Shown here: positions 1-10,380 of the stretch, in pieces
How the letters are laid out: every line of letters begins with the position of its first letter
Position numbering within the stretch: the stretch's first letter is position 1
DNA from: Capsulimonadaceae bacterium
GTDB taxonomy: Bacteria; Armatimonadota; Armatimonadia; Armatimonadales; Capsulimonadaceae
NCBI GenBank assembly: GCA_965215505.1
Contig: OZ244065.1
Span: forward strand, 2,976,001-3,040,000
Direction of reading: 5' to 3'
DNA: 64,000 nt
Notes under the pieces: generated by a model
What the model was told of the DNA's origin: nothing
The model's database searches: none
Seen by the model: the letters and a program-made list of their open reading frames with translations, nothing else
Made by a program: the position numbers and the translations under genes

Positions 1-1451
1 ACGCCCTTGGCGTCCACATGGTAGTTGTTCGGGTCGTAGACGTCAAGCGACAGTGTCGTGCGCCGCCCCAGGCCGATGTCGCCGCCGAGCGAGAGCTTGG
101 AGGCGTAGAAGCCCGCGCGGACGTCCGTTTTGCCGTCCGCCCCCAACCCGCGCCCGCCCTCCAGAATCAGCTTGTTCGCGCCCCCAAAATCGTAGATCCC
201 CGCCCGCGCGAAGGTGACGGGCGCGACGCTGAGTGGCACGAGCGCGTCAATGTCGGTGCGGAAGCGCCGCTGTCGCGTGTTGACGACCGCGTCCACGCGC
301 GGCAGGTAGTACGGGGCACCCAGGGCCGGCGCGGGCGTCGGGTTGACGGTCGGCACCCCGCCCGGCACGATCACGGTGGGTCCGCCGGGGACGACGACGG
401 CGGCCGTCTTGGAGCGGACGCCCGCCAGCTTGTTCAGCCGCTCCAGGAGCAGATTCGCCTGCGCGCTGCTGGCGGCGATGTTGGCGACAGTCTCGCGCAG
501 GTTGCTCTGCACCTTCGGGTCGCCGGTCAGCGACTGGAAGTTGCCCGCGATGGCGTTGAACTTGGCCGTGGTCTGCGCCAGGTTGTCGGTGGTCGTCTTC
601 AGGTTGGCGACGGCGGCCTGGAGGTTGCCGCCCTTCAGCGATGCGTTCGCCTGCCCGGTGATGCCCGCGACCGACGAGGTCGTGTCGTTCAGGTTATGCA
701 CGATGGCGGCGATCTGGCTCTTGTTGTCGCGCGTGATGTCCCGGATCGAGGCCGTGGTGGCGGCGATGTTGTCCAGCGAAACCTGCGCCCCAGACCCCGT
801 CTGCCGCAGCAGGCCCTGTAGCTGGGCGTTGTCCGCGACGAGCAGGCCGTTGAGCTTGTCGGTCAGCTTCAGCCCGTTGGCTGAGGCGGCGTTGATGTTG
901 CCCACGGTCTGCACCAACCCGCCCCGGATTTTCGGGTCGCCGGCCAGTTCGGTGACCTTGTCCAGCAGGAGGTCGGCCTTCTTGGCCGTCTGCGTGAGCT
1001 GGTCGAGCAGCACGGTCGCCTTGCCGAAGGAGGCCGTCAGGTCGCCCGACTGTTCGCCCTTCAGGTCCTCGCCCTCCCGGACGGTGTCACCGGGCCGCTT
1101 GTAGGCGTCGGCGGGCGGAGTGACGACGACGGTCCCACTCGTCCCGAGCAGGGGCGTGGTGATCGTGAACTGCGAGCCGTGCGGGATGGCGTACTCTTTT
1201 TTCACCTGGATCTTCAGGTCGGCCTTCTGGGCGGCGGTCAGCCTGACGCGCTCCACCTTGCCGATCTGCACCCCGGCCAGAGTTACCGGCGTGTCCGCCG
1301 TCACCCCCTTGGCATCGTCGAACAGGACGTCGAACGAGTAGGTGTTATTCGCCGCCAGTGTGCCGCGCAGAAAAAAGAACATGCCCGCGAAGAGGGCGAT
1401 CGCCAGCACGAACACCACGCCCACACCGCCCGCGTTTCCCAGAGTCCTCAT
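1..1451 (-). CDS. mlaD: MlaD/MCE family protein (3' end runs off window)
   Basis: Manual translation from 1451: MRTLGNAGGVGVVFVLAIALFAGMFFFLRG...FDDAKGVTADTPVTLAGVQIGKVERVRL (TM anchor + MCE domain); downstream of mlaE/mlaF. Confidence 0.9.
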   Translation of the reverse strand, partial: MRTLGNAGGVGVVFVLAIALFAGMFFFLRGTLAANNTYSFDVLFDDAKGVTADTPVTLAGVQIGKVERVRLTAAQKADLKIQVKKEYAIPHGSQFTITTPLLGTSGTVVVTPPADAYKRPGDTVREGEDLKGEQSGDLTASFGKATVLLDQLTQTAKKADLLLDKVTELAGDPKIRGGLVQTVGNINAASANGLKLTDKLNGLLVADNAQLQGLLRQTGSGAQVSLDNIAATTASIRDITRDNKSQIAAIVHNLNDTTSSVAGITGQANASLKGGNLQAAVANLKTTTDNLAQTTAKFNAIAGNFQSLTGDPKVQSNLRETVANIAASSAQANLLLERLNKLAGVRSKTAAVVVPGGPTVIVPGGVPTVNPTPAPALGAPYYLPRVDAVVNTRQRRFRTDIDALVPLSVAPVTFARAGIYDFGGANKLILEGGRGLGADGKTDVRAGFYASKLSLGGDIGLGRRTTLSLDVYDPNNYHVDAKG

Positions 1452-1482
1452 AACACCTCAAATCGGCTCCGCCAAATTGACC

Positions 1483-2298
1483 CTACCGGCGCGCGACGTC
1501 AATCGGCCCGTGCGAGCGGCCCTCGATGAACTGGCGGACGATCGGGTCCTCGCACGCCTGGATCTCCTGCGGCGTGCCGGTGGCGAGGACACGCCCGTCG
1601 TGGATCATGGCGATCTTGTCGCTGATCCGGAAGATGCTCGGCAGGTTGTGCGAGACGACGATGCTGGTGACGCCCAGCTTGTCGCGCATCTGCATGATCA
1701 GCTCGTCCACGACGCTCGCGATCACCGGGTCAAGCCCCGAGGTCGGCTCGTCGTAAAGCAAAATCTCCGGCGACATGGCGATGGCCCGCGCCAGGCCCAC
1801 CCGCTTCGCCATGCCGCCCGAGAGCTGCGAGGGGTACATCGCCTCAGTGCCGGGCAGACCGACCAGGGTGAGCTTCTCGGCGACGATCTTCTTGATCTCG
1901 TCGGCGGGCAGCCTGCGCCGCCGCCGCAGGCCGAAGGCGACGTTTTCGAATACGGTCAGCGAATCGAACAGGGCGGCGTACTGGAACACCATGCCCATGC
2001 GCTCGCGGACGCGGTTCAGCTCGTTCTCGCGCATCCCGACGATCTGGGCGTCCCCGATCCGTATCTCGCCGCTCGTCGGCGCGGTCAGGCCGCCCATGCA
2101 GTGGAGTACGGTGGTCTTGCCGGACCCGGACATGCCCATGACGCTCAGGATCTCGCCCGGCCCGACGCCCAGTGTGACGCCCTTCAGGATCTGCTTGCCG
2201 GGCACTTCAAAGCGCAGATTGTTGACCTCGATCCAGGCCGGTTCGTGCCAGCCGGCCTCGTCCCGCGCGTCCGCTTCAGTTGTCGCCGCGTCCGTCAA
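1483..2298 (-). CDS. mlaF: ABC transporter ATP-binding protein MlaF
   Basis: Walker A GMSGSGKT, LSGGMAKRVGLARA, YDEPTSGLDP; TTG start overlaps the mlaE stop. Confidence 0.9.
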   Translation of the reverse strand: MTDAATTEADARDEAGWHEPAWIEVNNLRFEVPGKQILKGVTLGVGPGEILSVMGMSGSGKTTVLHCMGGLTAPTSGEIRIGDAQIVGMRENELNRVRERMGMVFQYAALFDSLTVFENVAFGLRRRRRLPADEIKKIVAEKLTLVGLPGTEAMYPSQLSGGMAKRVGLARAIAMSPEILLYDEPTSGLDPVIASVVDELIMQMRDKLGVTSIVVSHNLPSIFRISDKIAMIHDGRVLATGTPQEIQACEDPIVRQFIEGRSHGPIDVARR

Positions 2299-3131
2299 AG
2301 CGAAGTCACCTGGCTGAACATGAAGTACGTCATGATGAAGTTCGCGATGTAGATCAGCACGATGGACAGCACGACCGCGTTGGTCGTCGCCCGCCCCACC
2401 TCGGTGGCCCCGCCGCGCGTCGCCAGACCCTGGTGGCAGCCGACCAGGGTGATGATCAGGCCGAACACGACCGTCTTCAGGATGCCTTTGATGAAGTCCG
2501 ACGGGTCCAGGAAGTCCTTCATCGAGTTCAAATAGGTCGTCGGCAGTACGCCCTCCGAGTTCGAGAGCAGATAGCCGCCGCCGATGCCCGCCGCATCGGC
2601 CAGCGCGCAGACCAGCGGCACCATGATGACGGCGGCCAGGATGCGCGGCACGACCAGGTATTGGATCGGGCTGACGGCCAGGGCGCGCAGGGCGTCTATC
2701 TGCTCGGTCACCTTCATCGTGCCCAGCTCGGCGGCGATGGCCGACCCGGCGCGGGCCGCGACGACCACGCCGGTCAGGACCGGCCCAAGCTCCCGTGCGA
2801 TGGCGAGCGCGACGACCGCGCCTGTAAAACCTTCCGCCCCGTACTGCTTCAGGAACGGCGCAAAATAGAGCGCCAGAACCGCCCCGGACGTGGAGGACGT
2901 TAGCAGGGCGATGGCGACAGAGTTTACGCCGAGCGACGACATCTGCTCCATCAGGTCGCGGACGTCTATGCCGCCGCGCAGGGCTTTGATCGCCCGCCCG
3001 AGCAGGATCAGGATCTCGCCCAGATAGACGAACACGGCCACGAACGGGTTCAGGATCGCCTTGAGCGTCGCCTCGCCCAAGGGCGCAGGGGCCACCGCCG
3101 GGGCGGGCGCTGCCGTGGTTTGGTTTGCCAT
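2295..3131 (-). CDS. mlaE: MlaE family ABC permease
   Basis: RELGPVLTGVVVAARAGSAIAAELGTMKVTEQIDAL signature. Confidence 0.93.
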   Translation of the reverse strand: MANQTTAAPAPAVAPAPLGEATLKAILNPFVAVFVYLGEILILLGRAIKALRGGIDVRDLMEQMSSLGVNSVAIALLTSSTSGAVLALYFAPFLKQYGAEGFTGAVVALAIARELGPVLTGVVVAARAGSAIAAELGTMKVTEQIDALRALAVSPIQYLVVPRILAAVIMVPLVCALADAAGIGGGYLLSNSEGVLPTTYLNSMKDFLDPSDFIKGILKTVVFGLIITLVGCHQGLATRGGATEVGRATTNAVVLSIVLIYIANFIMTYFMFSQVTSL

Positions 3132-3162
3132 AAGAAGCAGTAACGGGCCGAGACGAGCCGGG

Positions 3163-3300
3163 CGAGTGAATGAATTCACTCGCTGACATCGGATTTGTCC
3201 AAGAGACAATGGAGAGGGATGAGGCCCGACGGCCTCCCGTCTCTGTCACCTCTTCTGTCCCCTGGACAGGTTCCGGTCAGCGAGTGAATTCATTCACTCG
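3163..3300. repeat. REPIN-like element, family A (copy 1)
   Basis: Inverted CGAGTGAATGAATTCACTCGCTGAC / GTCAGCGAGTGAATTCATTCACTCG ends with inner GTCCCCTGGAC. Confidence 0.85.
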
Positions 3301-3456
3301 TGCCGCCACCGTTCCGCGCCGCGCGTGCGGACGAGCGGGCCGAAATCCGCTACAGTATACTGGTAAACGGGGGCCTAAGTCAAGGCGGAGGCCGAGCCGC
3401 CGGGGCACAGCAGCGGGCAGGCAGGAATCGCGCGCCTTGAAGTGGAACTGTCCGCC

Positions 3457-4047
3457 ATGCTGACTAATGATGAAGTGCTACAGATTTTCCGCGACTCCGG
3501 CGCGCTGCTGGAGGGCCATTTCCTGCTGGCTTCGGGCTACCACAGCGCCGTCTATTTGGAGAAGTTCCAGGTCCTCCAGTTCCCGCGCTACGTCGAAACG
3601 CTCTGCAAGGACATCGCCGAGCGGTTCGCGGGGGACGAGGTGCAGGTGGTGATCGGGCCGACGACGGGCGGCGTCCTGCTGGCCTACGAGGTCGCCAAAA
3701 ATTTAGGGGTGCGCGGCATCTTCGCCGAGCGCGGCGACGACGGGCAGGGCCGGGTCCTGCGCCGGGGCTTCGAGATCAAGGAGGGCGAGAACGTCCTGCT
3801 GGTGGACGACATCCTGACGACCGGCGGCAGCGTCCGGGACACGATGCAGGTGGTGGAAGGCTACCAGGGGAACCTCGTCGGCGTCGCCGTGCTGGCCGAC
3901 CGCAGCGGCGGGGCGGTGGACTTCGGCGTCCCGCTTGAAGCCCTGCTGCGCCTGGACGTGGAGAAGTTCGCCCCCGACGCTCTCCCCGACTGGCTGGCGG
4001 CCATCCCGCTGACGGAGCGGGGTAGTACGCACCACTTGAAGGCATAG
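3457..4047 (+). CDS. pyrE: Orotate phosphoribosyltransferase
   Basis: LLEGHFLLASGYHS and PRPP motif VLLVDDILTTGGS. Confidence 0.93.
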   Translation: MLTNDEVLQIFRDSGALLEGHFLLASGYHSAVYLEKFQVLQFPRYVETLCKDIAERFAGDEVQVVIGPTTGGVLLAYEVAKNLGVRGIFAERGDDGQGRVLRRGFEIKEGENVLLVDDILTTGGSVRDTMQVVEGYQGNLVGVAVLADRSGGAVDFGVPLEALLRLDVEKFAPDALPDWLAAIPLTERGSTHHLKA

Positions 4048-4069
4048 CAGCGATTCGTAAACACCGACG

Positions 4070-4282
4070 ATGCCCCTCAAAAGGAAGCTGTTACTGACTG
4101 CGCTCATCATCTCGGTAGGCGTAGGGTTGTATTGCTCGTTCTGGTTCTTTCTGTACGCGTGGGCGGAGAATGGGCCAGGTTACCATCTGGACCGAACGCC
4201 CGGCGACCGCTATTTCCGGCTGGCTGCCGCCGACTGGCTGCTGGTCGTCCTGCCGCTTTTCTGGCTATTGAAACATCGGTAG
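4070..4282 (+). CDS. Small 2-TM hypothetical protein
   Basis: 70-aa ORF with two hydrophobic segments, co-oriented between pyrE and yhcG-like gene. Confidence 0.5.
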   Translation: MPLKRKLLLTALIISVGVGLYCSFWFFLYAWAENGPGYHLDRTPGDRYFRLAAADWLLVVLPLFWLLKHR

Positions 4283-4310
4283 CCCCCGGATGCATCTCGC
4301 AAAGGCCCAC

Positions 4311-5429
4311 ATGACGCTGCCTGAACAACCTTCTGCCGAACTGCTGCCGACACCAGCTAACGACATCGAGCCGCTTTATGAGCGCATCCACGCCATCCTG
4401 ACTTCGGCCCGCACGAACGCCGTGCGGACCGTCAACACGGAGATGGTGCGCGCCTACTGGCTCATCGGGCGTGAGATCGTGGAGGAGGAACAGGCAGGAC
4501 AGGCGCGGGCGGCCTACGGCGGGGACGTGATCGCGCAGATTTCAGCCCGCTTGCAGGCGGGGTTTGGCAAGGGTTTCACCCAAACCAACATCAAGTACAT
4601 GCGCCTTTTTTACCTTGCTTACCCACGACTTTTGGATGCCGATCAGATTCGTCACGCAGTGCGTGACGAATTCAAGACCACCGGAATTCTGAACCCAAAC
4701 CTTTCCTGGACGCACTTCCGACTGCTGACCCGCATCACGTCCCCCCACGCGCGCTCCTTCTATGAGCTCGAAGCCGACAGCAACCGCTGGTCGTCGCGTG
4801 AGCTAGAGCGCCAGATCAGCAGCATGCTGTTTGAGCGGCTGGCACTGAGCCGCGACAAGCAAGGGCTGATGGCATTAGCGACCCAGGGGCAGGAAATCCA
4901 AACGCCCGAGGACGCCACCAAGGACCCGGTCGTTCTGGAGTTCCTTGGCCTGCCCGAATCATCCCGCCTGGTGGAGTCGGACTTGGAAGAAGCCTTGCTG
5001 ACCAACTTGCAGGCGTTCCTCCTGGAAATGGGCAAGGGGTTCGCCTTTGTCGCCCGGCAGCAGCGGCTCACGCTGGACGGCGACCACTTCTATGTGGACC
5101 TCGTTTTCTATCACGCGGTCTTGAAGTGCTACGTCCTCGTTGACCTCAAAACGGGCAAGCTCACCCACAGCGACATGGGGCAGATGCAATTCTACGTCAA
5201 CTACTACGACGCCGAGCGGCGCACGGAGGGTGATAACGCGACCATAGGCTTGATCCTGTGCGCCGACAAAAACGACGCGGTCGTCCGGTACACGCTCGAC
5301 AAGGCGAACGCGCAGGTGTTCGCCAGCCGCTACCAATTGCACCTCCCGAGTGAGCAGGAACTCGCGGAAGAACTGCGGCGGGAACTGCGGCGGACACGCC
5401 CCCTGGAAGAAAAGAAGCAAGCAACATGA
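4311..5429 (+). CDS. PD-(D/E)XK nuclease, YhcG/DUF1016 family
   Basis: YWLIGREIVEEEQ, LSWTHF, WSSRELERQI, KDPVVLEFL, FYVDLVFYH...DLK, GQMQFYVNYYD motifs. Confidence 0.9.
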   Translation: MTLPEQPSAELLPTPANDIEPLYERIHAILTSARTNAVRTVNTEMVRAYWLIGREIVEEEQAGQARAAYGGDVIAQISARLQAGFGKGFTQTNIKYMRLFYLAYPRLLDADQIRHAVRDEFKTTGILNPNLSWTHFRLLTRITSPHARSFYELEADSNRWSSRELERQISSMLFERLALSRDKQGLMALATQGQEIQTPEDATKDPVVLEFLGLPESSRLVESDLEEALLTNLQAFLLEMGKGFAFVARQQRLTLDGDHFYVDLVFYHAVLKCYVLVDLKTGKLTHSDMGQMQFYVNYYDAERRTEGDNATIGLILCADKNDAVVRYTLDKANAQVFASRYQLHLPSEQELAEELRRELRRTRPLEEKKQAT

Positions 5430-5893
5430 AACAGAAAAACCTACTGACGATCACCCTCCTCGGCGGCGCGCTGGCCGGGACCCTCCTCGGCCTGGGTGCG
5501 ACGCGCCTGACGCCTTCGGCCCACGCCGCGCCCGTGAAAGAAACCACCGCGCCGGCATCTGGGTCGCTGGCGGACCAGATTTCGGGGAAGGCGTTCCCGC
5601 TGTCGCTGCCCGCCGAGAAGATCGACTCGAATTACCACCTGATCGGCCTGGTGGACGCGCAGGGCAAACCGGCCCAGATCGCCACGCGCGGCGACACGAC
5701 CGTCATGGGCGGCGAGACGTTCCTGGTCTGCTACGACGTGCCGGTGACGGACGCGAAGACGCGCCCGCCGCAGCCGAAGGCGGGGGCGACCGGGACGCTC
5801 ATCTATGTCAACCTGCGGATGGTGCAGGCGATGGGCGGCATCATCCCCATCGCGCCTGCCGAGACGGTCGCGCCCGCCGCCGCACCGCTCTAG
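5426..5893 (+). CDS. Secreted hypothetical protein
   Basis: Signal peptide (…AHA); ATGA overlap with upstream gene. Confidence 0.7.
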   Translation: MKQKNLLTITLLGGALAGTLLGLGATRLTPSAHAAPVKETTAPASGSLADQISGKAFPLSLPAEKIDSNYHLIGLVDAQGKPAQIATRGDTTVMGGETFLVCYDVPVTDAKTRPPQPKAGATGTLIYVNLRMVQAMGGIIPIAPAETVAPAAAPL

Positions 5894-5903
5894 AAAGCCT
5901 GCT

Positions 5904-6656
5904 ATGATTTCGGTCGAGAATGTCTCCAAAACCTACGGCGGGCAGACGGCGTTGGCGCCGACCTCGCTCGCGCCCGCGCCCGGCAAGACGACCGTGCTGA
6001 TTGGGCCGAGCGGCTGCGGCAAATCAACCCTGCTGCGGCTGATGGTCGGCCTGATCACGCCGGACGCGGGCCGGGTCGTGATCGGCGGCGAGCCGCTGAC
6101 GCCGCAGAACGTCGAGCGGCAGCGGCACGGGATCGGTTACGTCATCCAGGACGGCGGCCTGTTCCCGCACCTGACGGCGGGCCGGAACGTGTCCCTCCTG
6201 GCCCGGTTTCTGGGCAGGCCAAGTGGTGAGATCGAGAAACGGATGGGGGAACTGGCCGCCCTGGTCCAACTGCCCCCCGAGTCGCTGTCGCGCTACCCAT
6301 CCGGGCTTTCCGGGGGGCAGAGGCAGCGGATCGGCCTGATGCGCGCTTTGATGCTCGACCCACCCCTGCTGCTCTTCGACGAGCCATTGGGCGCGCTCGA
6401 CCCCATCACGCGGAGCGAGCTACAGGAGCAGCTAAAAGACATCTTCGCGCGGCTGAACAAGACGGTGGTCCTGGTGACGCACGACATGGGCGAGGCGGCC
6501 TACTTCGGCGACTCCATCGTGCTGATGCGGGCCGGGGAGATCGTCCAGGCGGGGACTCTGGAGGACCTGTTGCAGCGGCCCAGCGAGAAATACGTCTCGG
6601 ATTTTATTCGTGCCCAGCGCTCACCGCTGCCCATTCTGGTGGAGGGAGGTGCATGA
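5904..6656 (+). CDS. Osmoprotectant (OpuA/OsmV-like) ABC ATP-binding protein
   Basis: GPSGCGKST, IGYVIQDGGLFPH, LSGGQRQR, DEPLGALDPITR. Confidence 0.9.
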   Translation: MISVENVSKTYGGQTALAPTSLAPAPGKTTVLIGPSGCGKSTLLRLMVGLITPDAGRVVIGGEPLTPQNVERQRHGIGYVIQDGGLFPHLTAGRNVSLLARFLGRPSGEIEKRMGELAALVQLPPESLSRYPSGLSGGQRQRIGLMRALMLDPPLLLFDEPLGALDPITRSELQEQLKDIFARLNKTVVLVTHDMGEAAYFGDSIVLMRAGEIVQAGTLEDLLQRPSEKYVSDFIRAQRSPLPILVEGGA

Positions 6657-8254
6657 GGAAGATACCTCCCACCCCCAGCCCCTCCCACTCCAATAAAGCC
6701 CCCGCAAGCGGGAGAAGATTCGGCGCTCTGCGCCGGGGGTGGGGACTTACCCTACTCTTTCTGCTGTCTCTCACCGCCGCCTCCTGCGCCGCGCGGCCTG
6801 TGACGGTCGGGTCCAAGCGGTTCACCGAGTCCTACATTCTGGGTGAAATCCTCACCCAGGTTGCTCGCTCCGCAGGGGAGAAGGACGCTGTGCATCGGCA
6901 GGGCTTGGGCAACACCGCCATCGTCTATGGGGCGTTAAAAAGGGGCGATATAGACCTGTATGCCGACTATACGGCGACTGTCGCGCAGGAAATACTGAAG
7001 GATAAAAAAACCGGCACCCTCGATCAACTGAACACCGAGATGGAAGCGCAAGGCATCGGCGTCGGCGTCCCCCTGGGCTTCAACGACAACTATGCTCTCG
7101 CAATGCGCGAGGACGTGGCCCGGAAGCTCGGCATCCGCACCCTCTCCGACCTCGCCAAGCACCCGGAACTACGGATCGGCTTCACACAGGAGTTTCTGGG
7201 CCGCGCCGACGGGTGGCCCGGCCTGAAAGCCGCGTATCGCTTGCCAGACTTCGCGCCGCGCGGCATGGATCATGGCCTGGCCTACACGGCCCTCAACAGC
7301 GGCAGCATCGATGTAATGGACATCTACACGACGGACGCGCAGTTGTCCAAGTACAAAATGCGGACGCTGGCGGACGACCGGCATTTCTTTCCGCTCTATG
7401 ACACGGTGCTGCTGTACCGGCTGGACTTCCCGCAGAAATACCCACAGGTCTGGGCGGCCTTGCAGACCTTGCGGGACCGCATCCCGCTCCCGCGCATGAT
7501 CGCCATGAACGCGGCCGCCGACTTGAAAAGCGAGACATTTTCTGCCGTCGCCGCCGACTTCATCCAGAATGATCTGAAGGTTCAGGGGGGTGAAGCGACG
7601 CACCAGGCGAACGGCTTCTGGGCCAAGCTGTTCGGCCCCGACTTCTGGCCGCGCACCGGCGAACACCTTTTTCTGGTCTTCGTCTCGCTAGCCTTCAGCA
7701 TTTTGGTGGGCGTCCCGCTCGGCATCTGGGCGGCGCGCAGTTCCCCCGCCGCCTCCCCCATCCTCTCGACGGTCAGCGTGATCCAGACCATCCCCTCCCT
7801 GGCCCTGCTGGCGTTCCTGATTCCGGTAGCCGGGACAGGAGCACTCCCCGCCTTGGTCGCGTTGTTCCTTTACTCGCTGCTGCCGATTGTCCGCAACACC
7901 TATACCGGCCTGACCGACATCGCGCCATCCCTCCGCGAATCGGCGCGGGCGCTTGGCCTGCCGTCTGGCGCCCGCCTGCGCCTGATCGAGCTGCCCCTGG
8001 CCTCCCGCGCCATATTCGCCGGCATCAAGACTGCCGCCGTGATCAACGTCGGCACGGCGACCATCGCCGCCTTCATCGGCGCGGGCGGCTACGGCGAGCG
8101 GATCGTCACAGGGCTGGCTACGGTGAATACCGAAACGATCCTCTCCGGCGCGATCCCCGCCGCTGCCCTGGCCCTGCTGGTGCAGTACGGCTTCGACCTG
8201 CTGGACCGGGCCGTCGTCCCGGCGGGGCTGAGACAGAGTCCCCCGAGCAAGTAG
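6653..8254 (+). CDS. Fused glycine-betaine substrate-binding protein/permease (OpuBC-like)
   Basis: VGSKRFTESYILGE, EFLGRADGWPGL; C-terminal permease with QTIPSLALL and EAA-like loop. Confidence 0.9.
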   Translation: MRKIPPTPSPSHSNKAPASGRRFGALRRGWGLTLLFLLSLTAASCAARPVTVGSKRFTESYILGEILTQVARSAGEKDAVHRQGLGNTAIVYGALKRGDIDLYADYTATVAQEILKDKKTGTLDQLNTEMEAQGIGVGVPLGFNDNYALAMREDVARKLGIRTLSDLAKHPELRIGFTQEFLGRADGWPGLKAAYRLPDFAPRGMDHGLAYTALNSGSIDVMDIYTTDAQLSKYKMRTLADDRHFFPLYDTVLLYRLDFPQKYPQVWAALQTLRDRIPLPRMIAMNAAADLKSETFSAVAADFIQNDLKVQGGEATHQANGFWAKLFGPDFWPRTGEHLFLVFVSLAFSILVGVPLGIWAARSSPAASPILSTVSVIQTIPSLALLAFLIPVAGTGALPALVALFLYSLLPIVRNTYTGLTDIAPSLRESARALGLPSGARLRLIELPLASRAIFAGIKTAAVINVGTATIAAFIGAGGYGERIVTGLATVNTETILSGAIPAAALALLVQYGFDLLDRAVVPAGLRQSPPSK

Positions 8255-8283
8255 GCCACGGCCTGAAAGAAAGACCTTCAAGA

Positions 8284-10377
8284 GTGGACAGAAACAAATA
8301 CGGCCGGCAAAAAGCATCCCGGATTCTTCTGCTTGTCCTCTTCGCCCTGCTCCTCACGGCACGGCACCCGGCGCAGGCCCAGCAGGCGGCAGCACAACTT
8401 CTGCCCCAGGCGGCGCTCGCAGCCAAGTACTTCGGCAATGATGCCCCCTGGTTCCAGGCCAACATCCCCTTCTTCGACTGCTCCGATCCGGAGATCGAGC
8501 AGGTCTACTACTACCGCTGGAAGGTGTACAAGTCGCACCTGAAGGACCTGGGCGACCGGGGCTACATCGTCACCGAGTTTTTGGACGATGTCCCCTGGGC
8601 CAAGCAGCCTTATCAGAGCCTCAACGACGCGACTGCGTTCCACATCCACGAGGGGCGCTGGCTGAGGGACCCGCGCTACGTCAACGACTATGTTGACTAT
8701 ATGTACACGGGCGGCGGCAACGACCGGCACTTCAGCGAGGCCATCGCCGACGCCGTGTATGCCGACTACCTGGCGACGGGGGACCGCACCGCCGCCACGA
8801 AGCATCTGGACACGATGCAGTACCTGTATCACGCCTGGGACGACCACTACGACTTTTCCAAGAGCCTGTACTACATCGAGCCGCTGCTGGATGCCACCGA
8901 GTACACCATATCCTCGATAGATGCGACGGGCGGGCGGGACGGCTTCACCGGCGGGAACGCCTTCCGGCCCTCGATCAACAGCTTCATGTACGCGGACGCA
9001 CTCGCCATCAGCAAGCTCTCCGCCCTGGCTGGCGACCAGAACACCGCCAGGGCCGCCAGGGCGTTCGCCGCTCGGGCAGATGCCCTCCGAGGAACGGTGG
9101 AGAAGGACCTGTGGAACGACGACTTCCAGCACTTCACGGACCGCTTTCAGGCGAACAACCAGAACGTCCACTACTGGGACTTCATCCGGGGCCGCGAACT
9201 CGCCGGGTACACGCCCTGGTACTTCGATCTCCCCGATGCCGACCCGAAGTACAACGCCGCCTGGCGTCACCTGCTGTCCCCCGCCGAATTGGGCGGTCCC
9301 TACGGCATCCGCACCGTGGAGCCGTCCTACCAATACTACATGAAGCAGTACCGGTACGACAAGCCGACCGGTCAGCCGGAGTGCCAGTGGAACGGACCCT
9401 CCTGGCCGTTCCAGACGACTCTGGCTTTGGGCGGCATGGCGAATCTGCTGAACGACTACTCCCAGGACGTGGTCCGCGCCGACGATTACTTCCGGCTCTT
9501 GAAGCAGTACGCCCACCAGCACTACCAGGGCGGCAAGCTGGATTTGCAGGAAGATTATAACCCCGACACGGGCGACGTAATCGTCGGCCTGCCGCGCAGC
9601 CACCATTACAACCACTCCGGCTTCAATGATCTGGTCATTACCGGTCTGGCCGGGCTGCGGCCCCGCTCCGACAACGTCCTGGAGATCCATCCCCTGGTGC
9701 CGACCGGCCCAGGCTCGGCGGAGGCCCTGCGGTACTTCTGCCTGGAGAACGTCCCCTATCACGGCCAGTCGGTCACGATCCTCTACGACCACGACGGCAA
9801 GCACTACGGCAGGGGCGTGGGCCTGTCGGTCTATGTCAACGGGAGGCGCGTCGTCGCCCCTTCGCCGCTGGGCCGGAAGACCGTCACCCTTCCTCCGCCG
9901 GTGCAGACGCCCGCCCCGCGTCCGGCGGAAGTAGACCTAGCCGTGAACTATTCCCATCAAGGCTCTCCCGTCCCGTCCGCGTCGGCGGGGGACATGCCCG
10001 CCGGCCTGTTCCAGGCTGTGGACGGGCGCGTCTGGTTCTACCCCGAGGTCCGGAACTACTGGTCCGATGCCGGGTCGCAGGCCGCCACCGACTGGTACAG
10101 CCTGGACTTCGGGCGCGAGCAGTCTTTCCGGTCCGTCCGACTCTACTTCTATGCCGACGGGACACAGTTCCAGGCCCCGGCCAAGTACACCCTGCAATAC
10201 TGGACGGGCCGGGATTGGGCGGACGTGCCCAGCCCCCGGATGACGCCCGCCCTCCCGCTGGCGAACGGGGAGAACACGATCACCTTTGCTCCACTTCGGA
10301 CCTCCCGGCTGCGCGCCGTGTTCACCAATCCAAGGGGAGCCGCCGTCGCCCTGGTCGAGATGAAAGCCTTCGGGTAA
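8284..10377 (+). CDS. Secreted six-hairpin glycoside hydrolase (MGH1/GH63-like) with C-terminal discoidin-like domain
   Basis: Signal peptide; YYYRW, CQWNGPSWPFQT, HYNHSGFNDLVITGLAG; C-terminal WYSLDFG...YTLQYW. Confidence 0.8.
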   Translation: MDRNKYGRQKASRILLLVLFALLLTARHPAQAQQAAAQLLPQAALAAKYFGNDAPWFQANIPFFDCSDPEIEQVYYYRWKVYKSHLKDLGDRGYIVTEFLDDVPWAKQPYQSLNDATAFHIHEGRWLRDPRYVNDYVDYMYTGGGNDRHFSEAIADAVYADYLATGDRTAATKHLDTMQYLYHAWDDHYDFSKSLYYIEPLLDATEYTISSIDATGGRDGFTGGNAFRPSINSFMYADALAISKLSALAGDQNTARAARAFAARADALRGTVEKDLWNDDFQHFTDRFQANNQNVHYWDFIRGRELAGYTPWYFDLPDADPKYNAAWRHLLSPAELGGPYGIRTVEPSYQYYMKQYRYDKPTGQPECQWNGPSWPFQTTLALGGMANLLNDYSQDVVRADDYFRLLKQYAHQHYQGGKLDLQEDYNPDTGDVIVGLPRSHHYNHSGFNDLVITGLAGLRPRSDNVLEIHPLVPTGPGSAEALRYFCLENVPYHGQSVTILYDHDGKHYGRGVGLSVYVNGRRVVAPSPLGRKTVTLPPPVQTPAPRPAEVDLAVNYSHQGSPVPSASAGDMPAGLFQAVDGRVWFYPEVRNYWSDAGSQAATDWYSLDFGREQSFRSVRLYFYADGTQFQAPAKYTLQYWTGRDWADVPSPRMTPALPLANGENTITFAPLRTSRLRAVFTNPRGAAVALVEMKAFG

Positions 10378-10380
10378 GCC

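Noticed and set aside
4311-5429. YhcG nuclease as marker of a defence island
   Set aside because: Solitary among housekeeping genes; the family is commonly standalone
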